A stretch of 64,000 nucleotides of DNA from assembly GCA_963663165.1 (NCBI GenBank), contig OY760175.1:6400001-6464000 (forward strand), read 5' to 3'. A program made the translations under genes and the position numbers. Below the pieces are notes generated by a model, which was not told the origin of the DNA, did not search any database, and saw only the letters and a program-made list of their open reading frames with translations. Source of the DNA: an uncultured Desulfospira sp. Its GTDB lineage: Bacteria > Desulfobacterota > Desulfobacteria > Desulfobacterales > Desulfobacteraceae. This document shows positions 39,801 to 49,281 of this stretch, piece after piece (position 1 is the first letter of the stretch; each line of letters opens with the position of its first letter).

Positions 39801-42800
39801 GGAAACATTACGACTGGATGCCCAACCAGAAACACCCCCACGGGTGTGGGGAAGACCCCCAAAAAATCGCATATGGCTCCGGGGGTTTGGAAACACCCCC
39901 ACGGGTGTGGGGAAGACGTTTTGGTGGTCTGGGCACCTTTGGCAAGAGGGGAAACACCCCCACGGGTGTGGGGAAGACCAACATGGAGCCGGGGGCAGTC
40001 CGGGAGGTGAGGAAACACCCCCACGGGTGTGGGGAAGACCTTTGATTAGTTTGTGTAATCCTTCCGCTTCTCAGAAACACCCCCACGGGTGTGGGGAAGA
40101 CAGCCTCAGACCTGGAATCAACCGGTGTATCCCGGAAACACCCCCACGGGTGTGGGGAAGACTCACAGATCCAAAGAAAAGATCCAATTTTTAAAGAAAC
40201 ACCCCCACGGGTGTGGGGAAGACTCAACTGTGTTAACGCCTTCGGGCGTTAACCCGGAAACACCCCCACGGGTGTGGGGAAGACTAGAAGGACCTTATTA
40301 AAATGGAGAATATAGAAGAAACACCCCCACGGGTGTGGGGAAGACTTGATTGCCGGATAGGCCCTGTATTCTGCCTCTGAAACACCCCCACGGGTGTGGG
40401 GAAGACAGTAAGAGATTGTGACAAACATCGCGGTGGGTGGAAACACCCCCACGGGTGTGGGGAAGACTCACCCCACATATCAGTACTTGACCCGGTGAAA
40501 AGAAACACCCCCACGGGTGTGGGGAAGACTTCCATCCGGACAGGCATGCCGGCTGCAATGAAGAAACACCCCCACGGGTGTGGGGAAGACCTGTCCATGA
40601 TATTTCTGAGTTTTTGCCCATGAGAAACACCCCCACGGGTGTGGGGAAGACTATTCCATCATGAAATCAACAAGATCATCGATAGAAACACCCCCACGGG
40701 TGTGGGGAAGACGCCCCAAGCATGGGGATTGAAGCCCGAAACGGGGAAACACCCCCACGGGTGTGGGGAAGACTTTTAAGCATGTCTTTTGTATCAGACA
40801 ATGACAGAAACACCCCCACGGGTGTGGGGAAGACTTGTATGTCCTTATCGCGTGCTTGAACGAGGTAGAAACACCCCCACGGGTGTGGGGAAGACTGTCT
40901 ACCGTGTGAAGATGGGGTAATTTGCATAGAAACACCCCCACGGGTGTGGGGAAGACTACGGGGAAAAACATTACCTCTTGCAAGCAAGAGAAACACCCCC
41001 ACGGGTGTGGGGAAGACTGGAAAAGAAATGGCCTTTGAAGATGCTGAACAAGAAACACCCCCACGGGTGTGGGGAAGACTATAGATGATCCCCCGTTTTT
41101 ATCTTCGTACAAGAAACACCCCCACGGGTGTGGGGAAGACTAAAGGAAAGGAGATAAAAACTAAAGGAATTTAGGAAACACCCCCACGGGTGTGGGGAAG
41201 ACTTTATTTTAAATGAAAAAACAGCAGAAGAATTGGAAACACCCCCACGGGTGTGGGGAAGACCCATTGATTAGGAGAATATAATACATAAGAGGAGAAA
41301 CACCCCCACGGGTGTGGGGAAGACGTTTTGTTGTTTAGGCACAGGAATTGCATTGTGGAAACACCCCCACGGGTGTGGGGAAGACTATTTTTTGAGGAAT
41401 TTAGCTAAATTCCTTTAGGAAACACCCCCACGGGTGTGGGGAAGACCATTTTTAGCTGCTTTTCTTAATACTTTTTCTGGAAACACCCCCACGGGTGTGG
41501 GGAAGACTGAAAATAACCCTAAAAGACCCCAAAGGTATGAGAAACACCCCCACGGGTGTGGGGAAGACTATAGCAATAAACATAAACAAAGAGCAGGAAT
41601 AGAAACACCCCCACGGGTGTGGGGAAGACTTAAAATGCCCTAAAATAGCACATAAAAACACAGAAACACCCCCACGGGTGTGGGGAAGACGTTGTTGGTC
41701 CCCATGTCCCTCTAAAAGTCGTAGAAACACCCCCACGGGTGTGGGGAAGACTTTTTCCTGAAAAAAATAGTTCAAATGCGCTTGGAAACACCCCCACGGG
41801 TGTGGGGAAGACCCGTATATTGGGGCAAAGGTCCCTTTTCTGATGGAAACACCCCCACGGGTGTGGGGAAGACTAAATAAAAACAAGGCTGTATTATTTA
41901 ACAACCAGAAACACCCCCACGGGTGTGGGGAAGACTAGATGATCCCCCGTTTTTATCTTCGTATGATCGGAAACACCCCCACGGGTGTGGGGAAGACCAA
42001 GAACCCGGATTTCGCGTGGTCCAACCTGCAGAAACACCCCCACGGGTGTGGGGAAGACCTTTGAAATGCGGCGGGAAAACACATGGAATTAGAAACACCC
42101 CCACGGGTGTGGGGAAGACTTCCCATAACAAAGGGCTTCTCCAATCCATAAAGAAACACCCCCACGGGTGTGGGGAAGACTGATTACGTTTAGTTAACTT
42201 TTTTACCTCTTTTGAAACACCCCCACGGGTGTGGGGAAGACTCATGGAGAACGGGCAGGCAATCCTTGCCCTTGGAAACACCCCCACGGGTGTGGGGAAG
42301 ACATCCCTGTATCCGAAAACTTGGAAAATATAACAGAAACACCCCCACGGGTGTGGGGAAGACTCTCTTTGCGCCTCGTGACGGCTCAGTGCTTGAGAAA
42401 CACCCCCACGGGTGTGGGGAAGACTTGTATTGTCTGGCAACGTATCAAATGAAAAAAGAAACACCCCCACGGGTGTGGGGAAGACGAGACCCAAGGGCAT
42501 AGTAGGTATTTTACTTTAGAAACACCCCCACGGGTGTGGGGAAGACTCCCTTATGCTCCAAAGGCAGGATCATCTAAAGGAAACACCCCCACGGGTGTGG
42601 GGAAGACCGGCCTTGCTTTATGCTTAGAGTATAAATACCGGAAACACCCCCACGGGTGTGGGGAAGACAAGGGGCTTTACGGGGATTTTAGAGTTATATG
42701 AGAAACACCCCCACGGGTGTGGGGAAGACAACTTCTCACCTGTAAAAATCCTGTGGAAGCAAGAAACACCCCCACGGGTGTGGGGAAGACAATGTCAATA

Positions 42801-43647
42801 TGGACGAAACAGGAGGATATGCAGAAACACCCCCACGGGTGTGGGGAAGACTAATCAGGCTTCTGCTCTGCCTGAATTACTTGAGAAACACCCCCACGGG
42901 TGTGGGGAAGACATTTCAGAACTATCAGGCGCAAAAAAAGAAGTAGAAACACCCCCACGGGTGTGGGGAAGACTGCACTATACCATATATAAAATCCTTG
43001 TCAACAAGAAACACCCCCACGGGTGTGGGGAAGACTAATTTTTTCAATAGCTTCTGCGATCATTTTCTAGAAACACCCCCACGGGTGTGGGGAAGACTAA
43101 CCTCCAAATCCACCCACACATGGAAAAAGAAGAAACACCCCCACGGGTGTGGGGAAGACTCAATAATGTCATAAAAGATGTAAAAGGTATGAGAAACACC
43201 CCCACGGGTGTGGGGAAGACTCACACGGTAGACATTTTCTAAAAACATAATGAGAAACACCCCCACGGGTGTGGGGAAGACCCGAGAAGGATAACACTTT
43301 CCCACCCTAACCGAGAAACACCCCCACGGGTGTGGGGAAGACGCCCTTGTTTGGGCGATAACATCAATCTAGACAGAAACACCCCCACGGGTGTGGGGAA
43401 GACACGGTAACGGTAACACACACACAACAAAGGAGAGAAACACCCCCACGGGTGTGGGGAAGACCCTACTTCTCCCTATATCGTAAACAATACCTTAGAA
43501 ACACCCCCACGGGTGTGGGGAAGACTGCCGTGCTGAAGTGTCATAGCTGTCAATCAGAGAAACACCCCCACGGGTGTGGGGAAGACTAGTAGTAGTGTAT
43601 AGAGCAGCATGGAGGTGTGGAAACACCCCCACGGGTGTGGGGAAGAC
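36900..43647 (-). CRISPR. Type I-E CRISPR array, 111 repeats / 110 spacers (manual count)
   Basis: 28-bp repeat GTCTTCCCCACACCCGTGGGGGTGTTTC (minus strand), 61-bp period (ten 62-bp units); leader end next to cas2. Confidence 0.99.
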
Positions 43648-43720
43648 ACCAACAAGTTGTCAAAGATCAGTTAAACAGGCACAATATCTTGTGGTTGAGC
43701 CATAAATGATTTTTCAATGA
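43648..43720 (-). promoter_or_regulatory. CRISPR leader, largely overlapping the cas2 3' end
   Basis: Only 23 bp (CTGATCTTTGACAACTTGTTGGT) between the cas2 stop and the first repeat; upstream extent approximate. Confidence 0.55.
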
Positions 43721-43982
43721 TTAACTGCATTCCGGAAATTTCGGTCAGTTTTTTTGTAGTTGATCCAATGGTACGGATTTCATATCCCGGCGGGTTGGAT
43801 ATGGATCTGAATATGGTGATACCGGAATCTGCCGGGCAGCGGTCATAAAGGTACTCAATTACGGATTTGGCCACAGAATCTTTTATGCCGGAAACGAATA
43901 TGTTGGCTCTTGGTTCTATAAACCAGAGTTTCATTCTGCCCCTTACAGCAGGCGGAAGCTTATTGGCCACGACGACAAGCAC
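43671..43982 (-). CDS. cas2: Cas2 (type I-E)
   Basis: VLVVVANKLPPAVRGRMKLWFIEPRANIFVSG; GTG start. Confidence 0.92.
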   Translation of the reverse strand: MLVVVANKLPPAVRGRMKLWFIEPRANIFVSGIKDSVAKSVIEYLYDRCPADSGITIFRSISNPPGYEIRTIGSTTKKLTEISGMQLIIEKSFMAQPQDIVPV

Positions 43983-44835
43983 TTTTTTCTCCCATAAGGT
44001 AAATGATATCTTTTGCAGACTGAGATAAAAGGTCCATTTCAATCACCCTTTCTCGAAAGGCGCTTGAAACCATATGTTTATTGTAAATGCCGGCCATCTC
44101 TTTGGTCAGGGAAAATGCCATATCAATACACAAGCGATCTTTGTACAAATCTGCCAGATCATAGATGAATGGCAGTGGGCTCCCGGAATGGATAAAACCG
44201 ATATGGGGGGAATATCCCATGGCATGGACAGCAGAACACAAGATTCCATAAAGCGCTGCATTGGCGGAGGTCAGTATCTGGTTGGTTACATCGCTCAATT
44301 CCATCTTACCGGGAGTAAACCTCCGTCCTTTCCATCCCACGCCGTATTCCCGGGCTTTTTCCTGATAAAATTGCCGCACCCGGTGCCCTTCCATTCCCAT
44401 CATTTCCTTTAAGGTTTTCCCCTTGAGTTCTGCATCTGGAAATCTGTAAGCATACATTTTTCTGGCGACTTTTAACGATTTTTCCGGATAAGCGGCAAGC
44501 ATCATCTGCCGTTTTAAATTCCGGGTGTCTGCTGTCGGCAAAAAGCCTGCGGCATAAAAAAGAAGGGTATCCTCACCCACCCAGCAGACAGAACAATTGG
44601 CTGCGGTGGCGGTCTTTACTGCTTCATGGGTGATGCTGGTCCCGGGTCCGAGAAGCAGGGTGTTAATCGTGGCCACAGGAAGCCGGACAACATGGCACTC
44701 TGAATCAATCCATTTAATACTGCTGTCGTCAATTTCCAGCCGCCCGCGTTCAAGATAGATAAAAGGATATTTGTCTTTTACCTGGGGCAGTGATTCCCTT
44801 GTGACTTTTATAAACAGGCGCTTTCCATTTGCCAT
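43960..44835 (-). CDS. cas1: Cas1 (type I-E)
   Basis: LLLGPGTSITHEA, EGHRVR, GYSPHIGFIH, FIYDLADLYK. Confidence 0.96.
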   Translation of the reverse strand: MANGKRLFIKVTRESLPQVKDKYPFIYLERGRLEIDDSSIKWIDSECHVVRLPVATINTLLLGPGTSITHEAVKTATAANCSVCWVGEDTLLFYAAGFLPTADTRNLKRQMMLAAYPEKSLKVARKMYAYRFPDAELKGKTLKEMMGMEGHRVRQFYQEKAREYGVGWKGRRFTPGKMELSDVTNQILTSANAALYGILCSAVHAMGYSPHIGFIHSGSPLPFIYDLADLYKDRLCIDMAFSLTKEMAGIYNKHMVSSAFRERVIEMDLLSQSAKDIIYLMGEKSACRRGQ

Positions 44836-44838
44836 GAT

Positions 44839-45555
44839 TCAGCCTTCCACATCCAGAATCGTCACCATTCTATCCCGGTATCGCTTGTGTGGACCTAATT
44901 GAAGGGGGACATCGTTTAAAGAAAATATTTCGTCCCCGTCATGTTCTCCCTGCAAGATCTTAAAGCTCGGGACTCGGTTTTTCGTTTCTGCAAGTTTATC
45001 AGCCTTAGCAAAAGCGGCATCCGCAGTATCAAACTTCCCCTGGAAAATAAATTCAGTGGGCACACAGGATTTTCGTCCAAGATAGAGGTCCCATACCGGA
45101 CCTTGAAAATGCTGAATAAGTGTTTCAGCTTCCCGGCCGGGCACCTGCATGGCTGCAGCAAAAATCATATCCTGAATGTAGTATCGGTAGGTGATTTTTG
45201 TACCCCCGCCTACGGCTTTCTTCCCTTGGCTTGTTTTAGGAATAAGCAGGTTTTGCCACGGGTCGTTGGTATCGTAACCGCTGCCCACCATATGAAAATC
45301 CCGCAAAAGTGGTTCCCGGGGACAGGGGGCACCGTTGTTGCCCTTTCTTGCATAGGCGATGATTTGAAGGTCTAAGTCAGCAAATTCGCCCAGCCGTTTT
45401 TCCTGTTTTCCTCCTGCGCCAAGTGCACAGCAGGCCATTCCTATCAGGCCTGACTTGGTCGGAAAGTTCAACGTGTCCCGCCGGCCGAATTTTGAGTCAA
45501 ATCCCCAGGCCTGCAAAGGGCCTTCCAACCATAATAATAAATATGGATCCGTCAT
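44839..45555 (-). CDS. cas5: Cas5 (CasD)
   Basis: LEGPLQAWG...RDTLNFPTKSG, YLGRKSCVP. Confidence 0.95.
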   Translation of the reverse strand: MTDPYLLLWLEGPLQAWGFDSKFGRRDTLNFPTKSGLIGMACCALGAGGKQEKRLGEFADLDLQIIAYARKGNNGAPCPREPLLRDFHMVGSGYDTNDPWQNLLIPKTSQGKKAVGGGTKITYRYYIQDMIFAAAMQVPGREAETLIQHFQGPVWDLYLGRKSCVPTEFIFQGKFDTADAAFAKADKLAETKNRVPSFKILQGEHDGDEIFSLNDVPLQLGPHKRYRDRMVTILDVEG

Positions 45556-45565
45556 GACAAACCTT

Positions 45566-46594
45566 CTATTTTATGTGGTCTTGAAGCGATGTGATCAAGT
45601 GATCAATGCTGTAATCCTCATTTTCACCCCATTCATAATCTCCCAGCTTGCCGTACAGGGAGCCGGAGAGCTTTTCCTTTTTAGCCAGTTCAGTTTTTAA
45701 ATGGGCGATACTGGGGTCGATATACCCGCCATGGATCGTTCTTACCGGTGTCTCATAAGAGACCTGAAGGCGCTGGCCTTTTCGAACAAGCACCTTTGCA
45801 AAATCCCAGGGGCAGGCCCCTGACTGGGTGGTCTGCCGGGCCGAGGGAACTGCCTGATACAATGCTTTGGTAAAGACGGAAATTGCCTGTTTCATGTCTT
45901 CTTTGTCCAGGGTTTCTGACAGCTGTCCCAAATCAAGACTCACATACCGGTAATACGTGGCGGAGTTAAATTCAAGACTTCCCATATGGGCGGACCCGGG
46001 TTCGTCCTGCAGATCGTCGATGGCAGTGAAAAATTCAACCTCATTGCCGGCCTTATGGGTTGAGATGGCATGGGAAAATGAAGCAGCCGCCTCCACATTC
46101 AGGTCGGCCGCCTTGGCTACCATCCTTCCGAAAAGAGCTATATCCAGAGCATTTAATGATCTATGAACGGCTTTTAGGGCTGCCTTGACAAGCGCTTTTT
46201 CTTTCAGTTCTGCAACATCAAAATTATTTTCTTTGGCATGCGCTGCCAATGCGCCTGACTCGCTGTCACTGATGAACAGTAATGTGTCATCACTTAGAAA
46301 CGATGCAATCTTTTCAGCACACGCCTGGGCTTTCTCATCATCAGCGCCGGCCAGGGTGCAGGCGTCTTTGATCAAAGCTTCGACTTTCTTGGTTCTTGTA
46401 CCCAGCTTGACGCCGTACTCAGCCATGGCCAGCCTGACCTGCCGCTTCCAGCACTGGGAGCTGACACGGGCCCTGGTAACCCCGCCGACTACAGCGGTTT
46501 TGGGGGCGCCCACATCGTCCCTGTTCAGACAGGTGACAGGAAAAGATTGAAGAATATGGTACTCAATACGGGTGTTTTTCAGGGAATCGTCCAT
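45566..46594 (-). CDS. cas7: Cas7 (CasC/Cse4)
   Basis: HILQSFPVTCLNRDDVGAPK, RVSSQCWKR, DIALFGRM. Confidence 0.96.
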   Translation of the reverse strand: MDDSLKNTRIEYHILQSFPVTCLNRDDVGAPKTAVVGGVTRARVSSQCWKRQVRLAMAEYGVKLGTRTKKVEALIKDACTLAGADDEKAQACAEKIASFLSDDTLLFISDSESGALAAHAKENNFDVAELKEKALVKAALKAVHRSLNALDIALFGRMVAKAADLNVEAAASFSHAISTHKAGNEVEFFTAIDDLQDEPGSAHMGSLEFNSATYYRYVSLDLGQLSETLDKEDMKQAISVFTKALYQAVPSARQTTQSGACPWDFAKVLVRKGQRLQVSYETPVRTIHGGYIDPSIAHLKTELAKKEKLSGSLYGKLGDYEWGENEDYSIDHLITSLQDHIK

Positions 46595-46610
46595 TTTTCT
46601 ATCCTTTTAT

Positions 46611-47261
46611 TTAATATAACGGGTTATGTGATAGCGGAACAATTTGCAGCAGGCCACAGCCAAAGGACCGGGCACGGCCAATGCCCTGTCTGAAGCTTCG
46701 GATAAAGGCATCCCGGTCTATGACCTTCAGTTCACCTTCTATGGCTGCCTGGGCGATGGTAACAGGCTGCAGGTTTTTTCCCTTGAAAGTAAGGACTTCT
46801 ACATTGTTCACCTGCAGCCTTGGCGTTTCACAATCAAATCCCCAACTTTGTTTTGACCTTTCAATAAACCACCGGGCTATATTCTCTCTTCCCTTAACCG
46901 GTATCAGTTTTCTGGTCTTATTATTTCTGCGGCAGGGGTTGACCGTTGTTTTGAAACGGTAGTTTTCATACTTAAATAAAGAAGGTTTGATTTTTTTGGT
47001 TTCCACCTCCCCGTATTGGCCGTTGACACAGGGGGAGGGCATGCGGTCTGAAATCATAAGAATCTTGCGGTTTAGAAAATTACCGCCTTCATCATTGTAA
47101 ACAATACCGCTTGATTTGCTTTTATTTTTTTCACCTTCGCTTCTCACATCCTGAAAAAGGCTGTAGACGGTTCTGTGGATGGAGTAAGGATCAGTAATTC
47201 TTAATGCTTTCATGGCAGTCCGGTCTAATCTGAGCATGCTGGCATATAGGGGAGAATCCAT
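46611..47261 (-). CDS. cas6e: Cas6e (CasE/Cse3)
   Basis: DPYSIHRTVY; Gly-rich loop GIGRARSFGCGLL. Confidence 0.95.
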   Translation of the reverse strand: MDSPLYASMLRLDRTAMKALRITDPYSIHRTVYSLFQDVRSEGEKNKSKSSGIVYNDEGGNFLNRKILMISDRMPSPCVNGQYGEVETKKIKPSLFKYENYRFKTTVNPCRRNNKTRKLIPVKGRENIARWFIERSKQSWGFDCETPRLQVNNVEVLTFKGKNLQPVTIAQAAIEGELKVIDRDAFIRSFRQGIGRARSFGCGLLQIVPLSHNPLY

Positions 47262-47803
47262 TATTTTTCTCCTTGATTTAAACTTTTCCCGCTGTAAAAT
47301 TCCTGGGCCCAGCTGGCTTTTACGGTTTGTCCATCCCACGAAAATTTTAGAAGCTGTTTCAAGATTTTTATGTAGTCAAGGGACTGACTGGTTTTGCTGT
47401 TGATCAATGAAAAAAGCGGCCTTAAAATACGGCACAGTTCCGATATATCCTGGCAGGCCAGCAGCCGTCGAAGTTTGGCCTTTGCCTGATCACTCTGGTT
47501 GCCGTCCTCATAACATGATGCAATGGCCTTACCAAGAGAAAGCCGGCCGGTACTCTCTACTTTTGCTTTGGCAATGGCCGCTGCAATTGTCACATAGGGA
47601 AGCCGCCAGCGCTCTTTCACAAGATCAATACCAAAAGCCGCCAGTGTTTCCCAGCTTTGATATTCGGTATCCGGGTTGTCGGATCGTTTCAGTCTTGCGG
47701 CGTATCCTTTATCCTGCCCACATTTTTTTATTACGAATTCGACAAATTTTGTGGGTTTATCGGCAGGTTTTACTGCCTGCTCCTTGTCTGCGGTATTCAT
47801 CAC
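47261..47803 (-). CDS. cse2: Cas11 (CasB/Cse2)
   Basis: Helical small subunit, GYAARLKRSD...WAQEFY; position in operon. Confidence 0.9.
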   Translation of the reverse strand: MMNTADKEQAVKPADKPTKFVEFVIKKCGQDKGYAARLKRSDNPDTEYQSWETLAAFGIDLVKERWRLPYVTIAAAIAKAKVESTGRLSLGKAIASCYEDGNQSDQAKAKLRRLLACQDISELCRILRPLFSLINSKTSQSLDYIKILKQLLKFSWDGQTVKASWAQEFYSGKSLNQGEK

Positions 47804-49278
47804 TCCTCCTTTTTCAGGTAATTAGACAGGTTGGGACGGCATTTTGCCCAGGCATCCATCTGCCGGGCCGTGTCATTGGGGCAGCACTGGTTGTAGACCG
47901 TATGAACATATCCTGCAAACTTACGGCGCAGGCGTTCCCTTTCCATTGCCGATTCCGGTACATCGTCACAGGCATTTATCAGATATTGGAAATCCCGCTC
48001 GCAGAGTTGCCAGAACTGGTTTGTACCATTCCCGGCAAAGGCGCCGCCATCAGACAGTTGTGTTTTATAAAAGTTCAGGATGCTGCCGTATAGTTTTTTA
48101 GCGATACCTTCAAGATGCTCCATTTCTAAAATCAGTTGGTTGAACCAGGGGGTGTCTGAGATAAATTCCGGTTTCAGTCTGACTTCCGATTCTACAAAAT
48201 CATTGGAACCAGAGACATATTGCTCTCCTGCATTGCTGCTCACACGAAGCCCGCCGGACCAGATTGTAAATGAAGTTGCTGTATGGCGTGTCCTTGGCAT
48301 GGAAATATATAGCTGAAAGCACTCAAAACGGCGTTTTGCCTGTTTAACAAAGCTGAGCATGGCCGGCAGTTGCCGCCAGGGCCTTTTTTCTGGATCAGCC
48401 CAGAGAACTTTATTTTTTTTGCCGCTGCAATCAATGGCAATTGTCGGATCAAAAAAGCCGTCCAGATAGTTCAAATGCGAAATTCCCTCTGAATAATGAA
48501 CCCCGTCTTTATCTAAAAGGCAGAATCTGCACATAGGGATCAACCGACCCATTAATGTTGTTTTTAGTTCTTGGGCAACAGGGCAGTCTTCTCCCTGGGG
48601 CATCTTTTCCCAGGGGGCATTGCCGACACCACCAGAAAAGATTCCGGATGAATGTATATTTTTTTGCGTAAACAAATTCATCCATAGGGAATCCAGCAAA
48701 AAATCTCCATAGATAAAAGAGTGTAATAACCCCATATGGGCTATTGCAGGACCTGGTTTGCCTGCCTTTGTCTTGCCCTTATACCCTACAGTTAAAGACA
48801 AGGAGTTATCGACTTTTTTACCGCCCAGGGCAAACCCCATCAGGGTCACCAGCAGCAAGGCTTTTTCAGCATGGCTGAGTATCCTTTCCACCTGAGACTG
48901 GGTGTGAACGGTTGTGTTTCCAGTGGAAACTTCCGGTAAAAGCGCTCCATACGGCTGCTTTTCGGCATGGAATATTGCGGGCATCTGCAAAAAAGGTTTC
49001 TCACCATAAAGAAAAAACTGGCCATGCCATGTTTCCAGGTAAGCTGTGCATTTTTCAGAAAGTCCCTGGGCACCCAATTTTCGCCACTCTTCTTCATTTT
49101 CCGGCGTTGCAGCTGCCTGGGCAATGGCGAGCAGCAATTTCATCACCGCGATTTTTTGAACAGGGTTGCCGCCCAGCCGACGGTACTCAGAATTTGTGAA
49201 TATCTGTCCCAGGCTGACCCGGCCCGCACCTGCAACCGGTATCCAGGGTTCGTCAATCAGGTTGAATCGGTTTTCCAT
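47800..49278 (-). CDS. cse1: Cas8e (CasA/Cse1)
   Basis: FNLIDEPWIPV, FFLYGEKPFLQMP. Confidence 0.93.
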   Translation of the reverse strand: MENRFNLIDEPWIPVAGAGRVSLGQIFTNSEYRRLGGNPVQKIAVMKLLLAIAQAAATPENEEEWRKLGAQGLSEKCTAYLETWHGQFFLYGEKPFLQMPAIFHAEKQPYGALLPEVSTGNTTVHTQSQVERILSHAEKALLLVTLMGFALGGKKVDNSLSLTVGYKGKTKAGKPGPAIAHMGLLHSFIYGDFLLDSLWMNLFTQKNIHSSGIFSGGVGNAPWEKMPQGEDCPVAQELKTTLMGRLIPMCRFCLLDKDGVHYSEGISHLNYLDGFFDPTIAIDCSGKKNKVLWADPEKRPWRQLPAMLSFVKQAKRRFECFQLYISMPRTRHTATSFTIWSGGLRVSSNAGEQYVSGSNDFVESEVRLKPEFISDTPWFNQLILEMEHLEGIAKKLYGSILNFYKTQLSDGGAFAGNGTNQFWQLCERDFQYLINACDDVPESAMERERLRRKFAGYVHTVYNQCCPNDTARQMDAWAKCRPNLSNYLKKEE

Positions 49279-49281
49279 AAA

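Noticed and set aside
36928..43619. Self-targeting spacers within this window
   Set aside because: None noticed by eye; an exhaustive alignment was not possible, so untested rather than excluded
36900..43647. Many ORFs with repeating ETPPRVWGR/KHPHGCGED/NTPTGVGKT
   Set aside because: Translations of CRISPR repeats, not proteins
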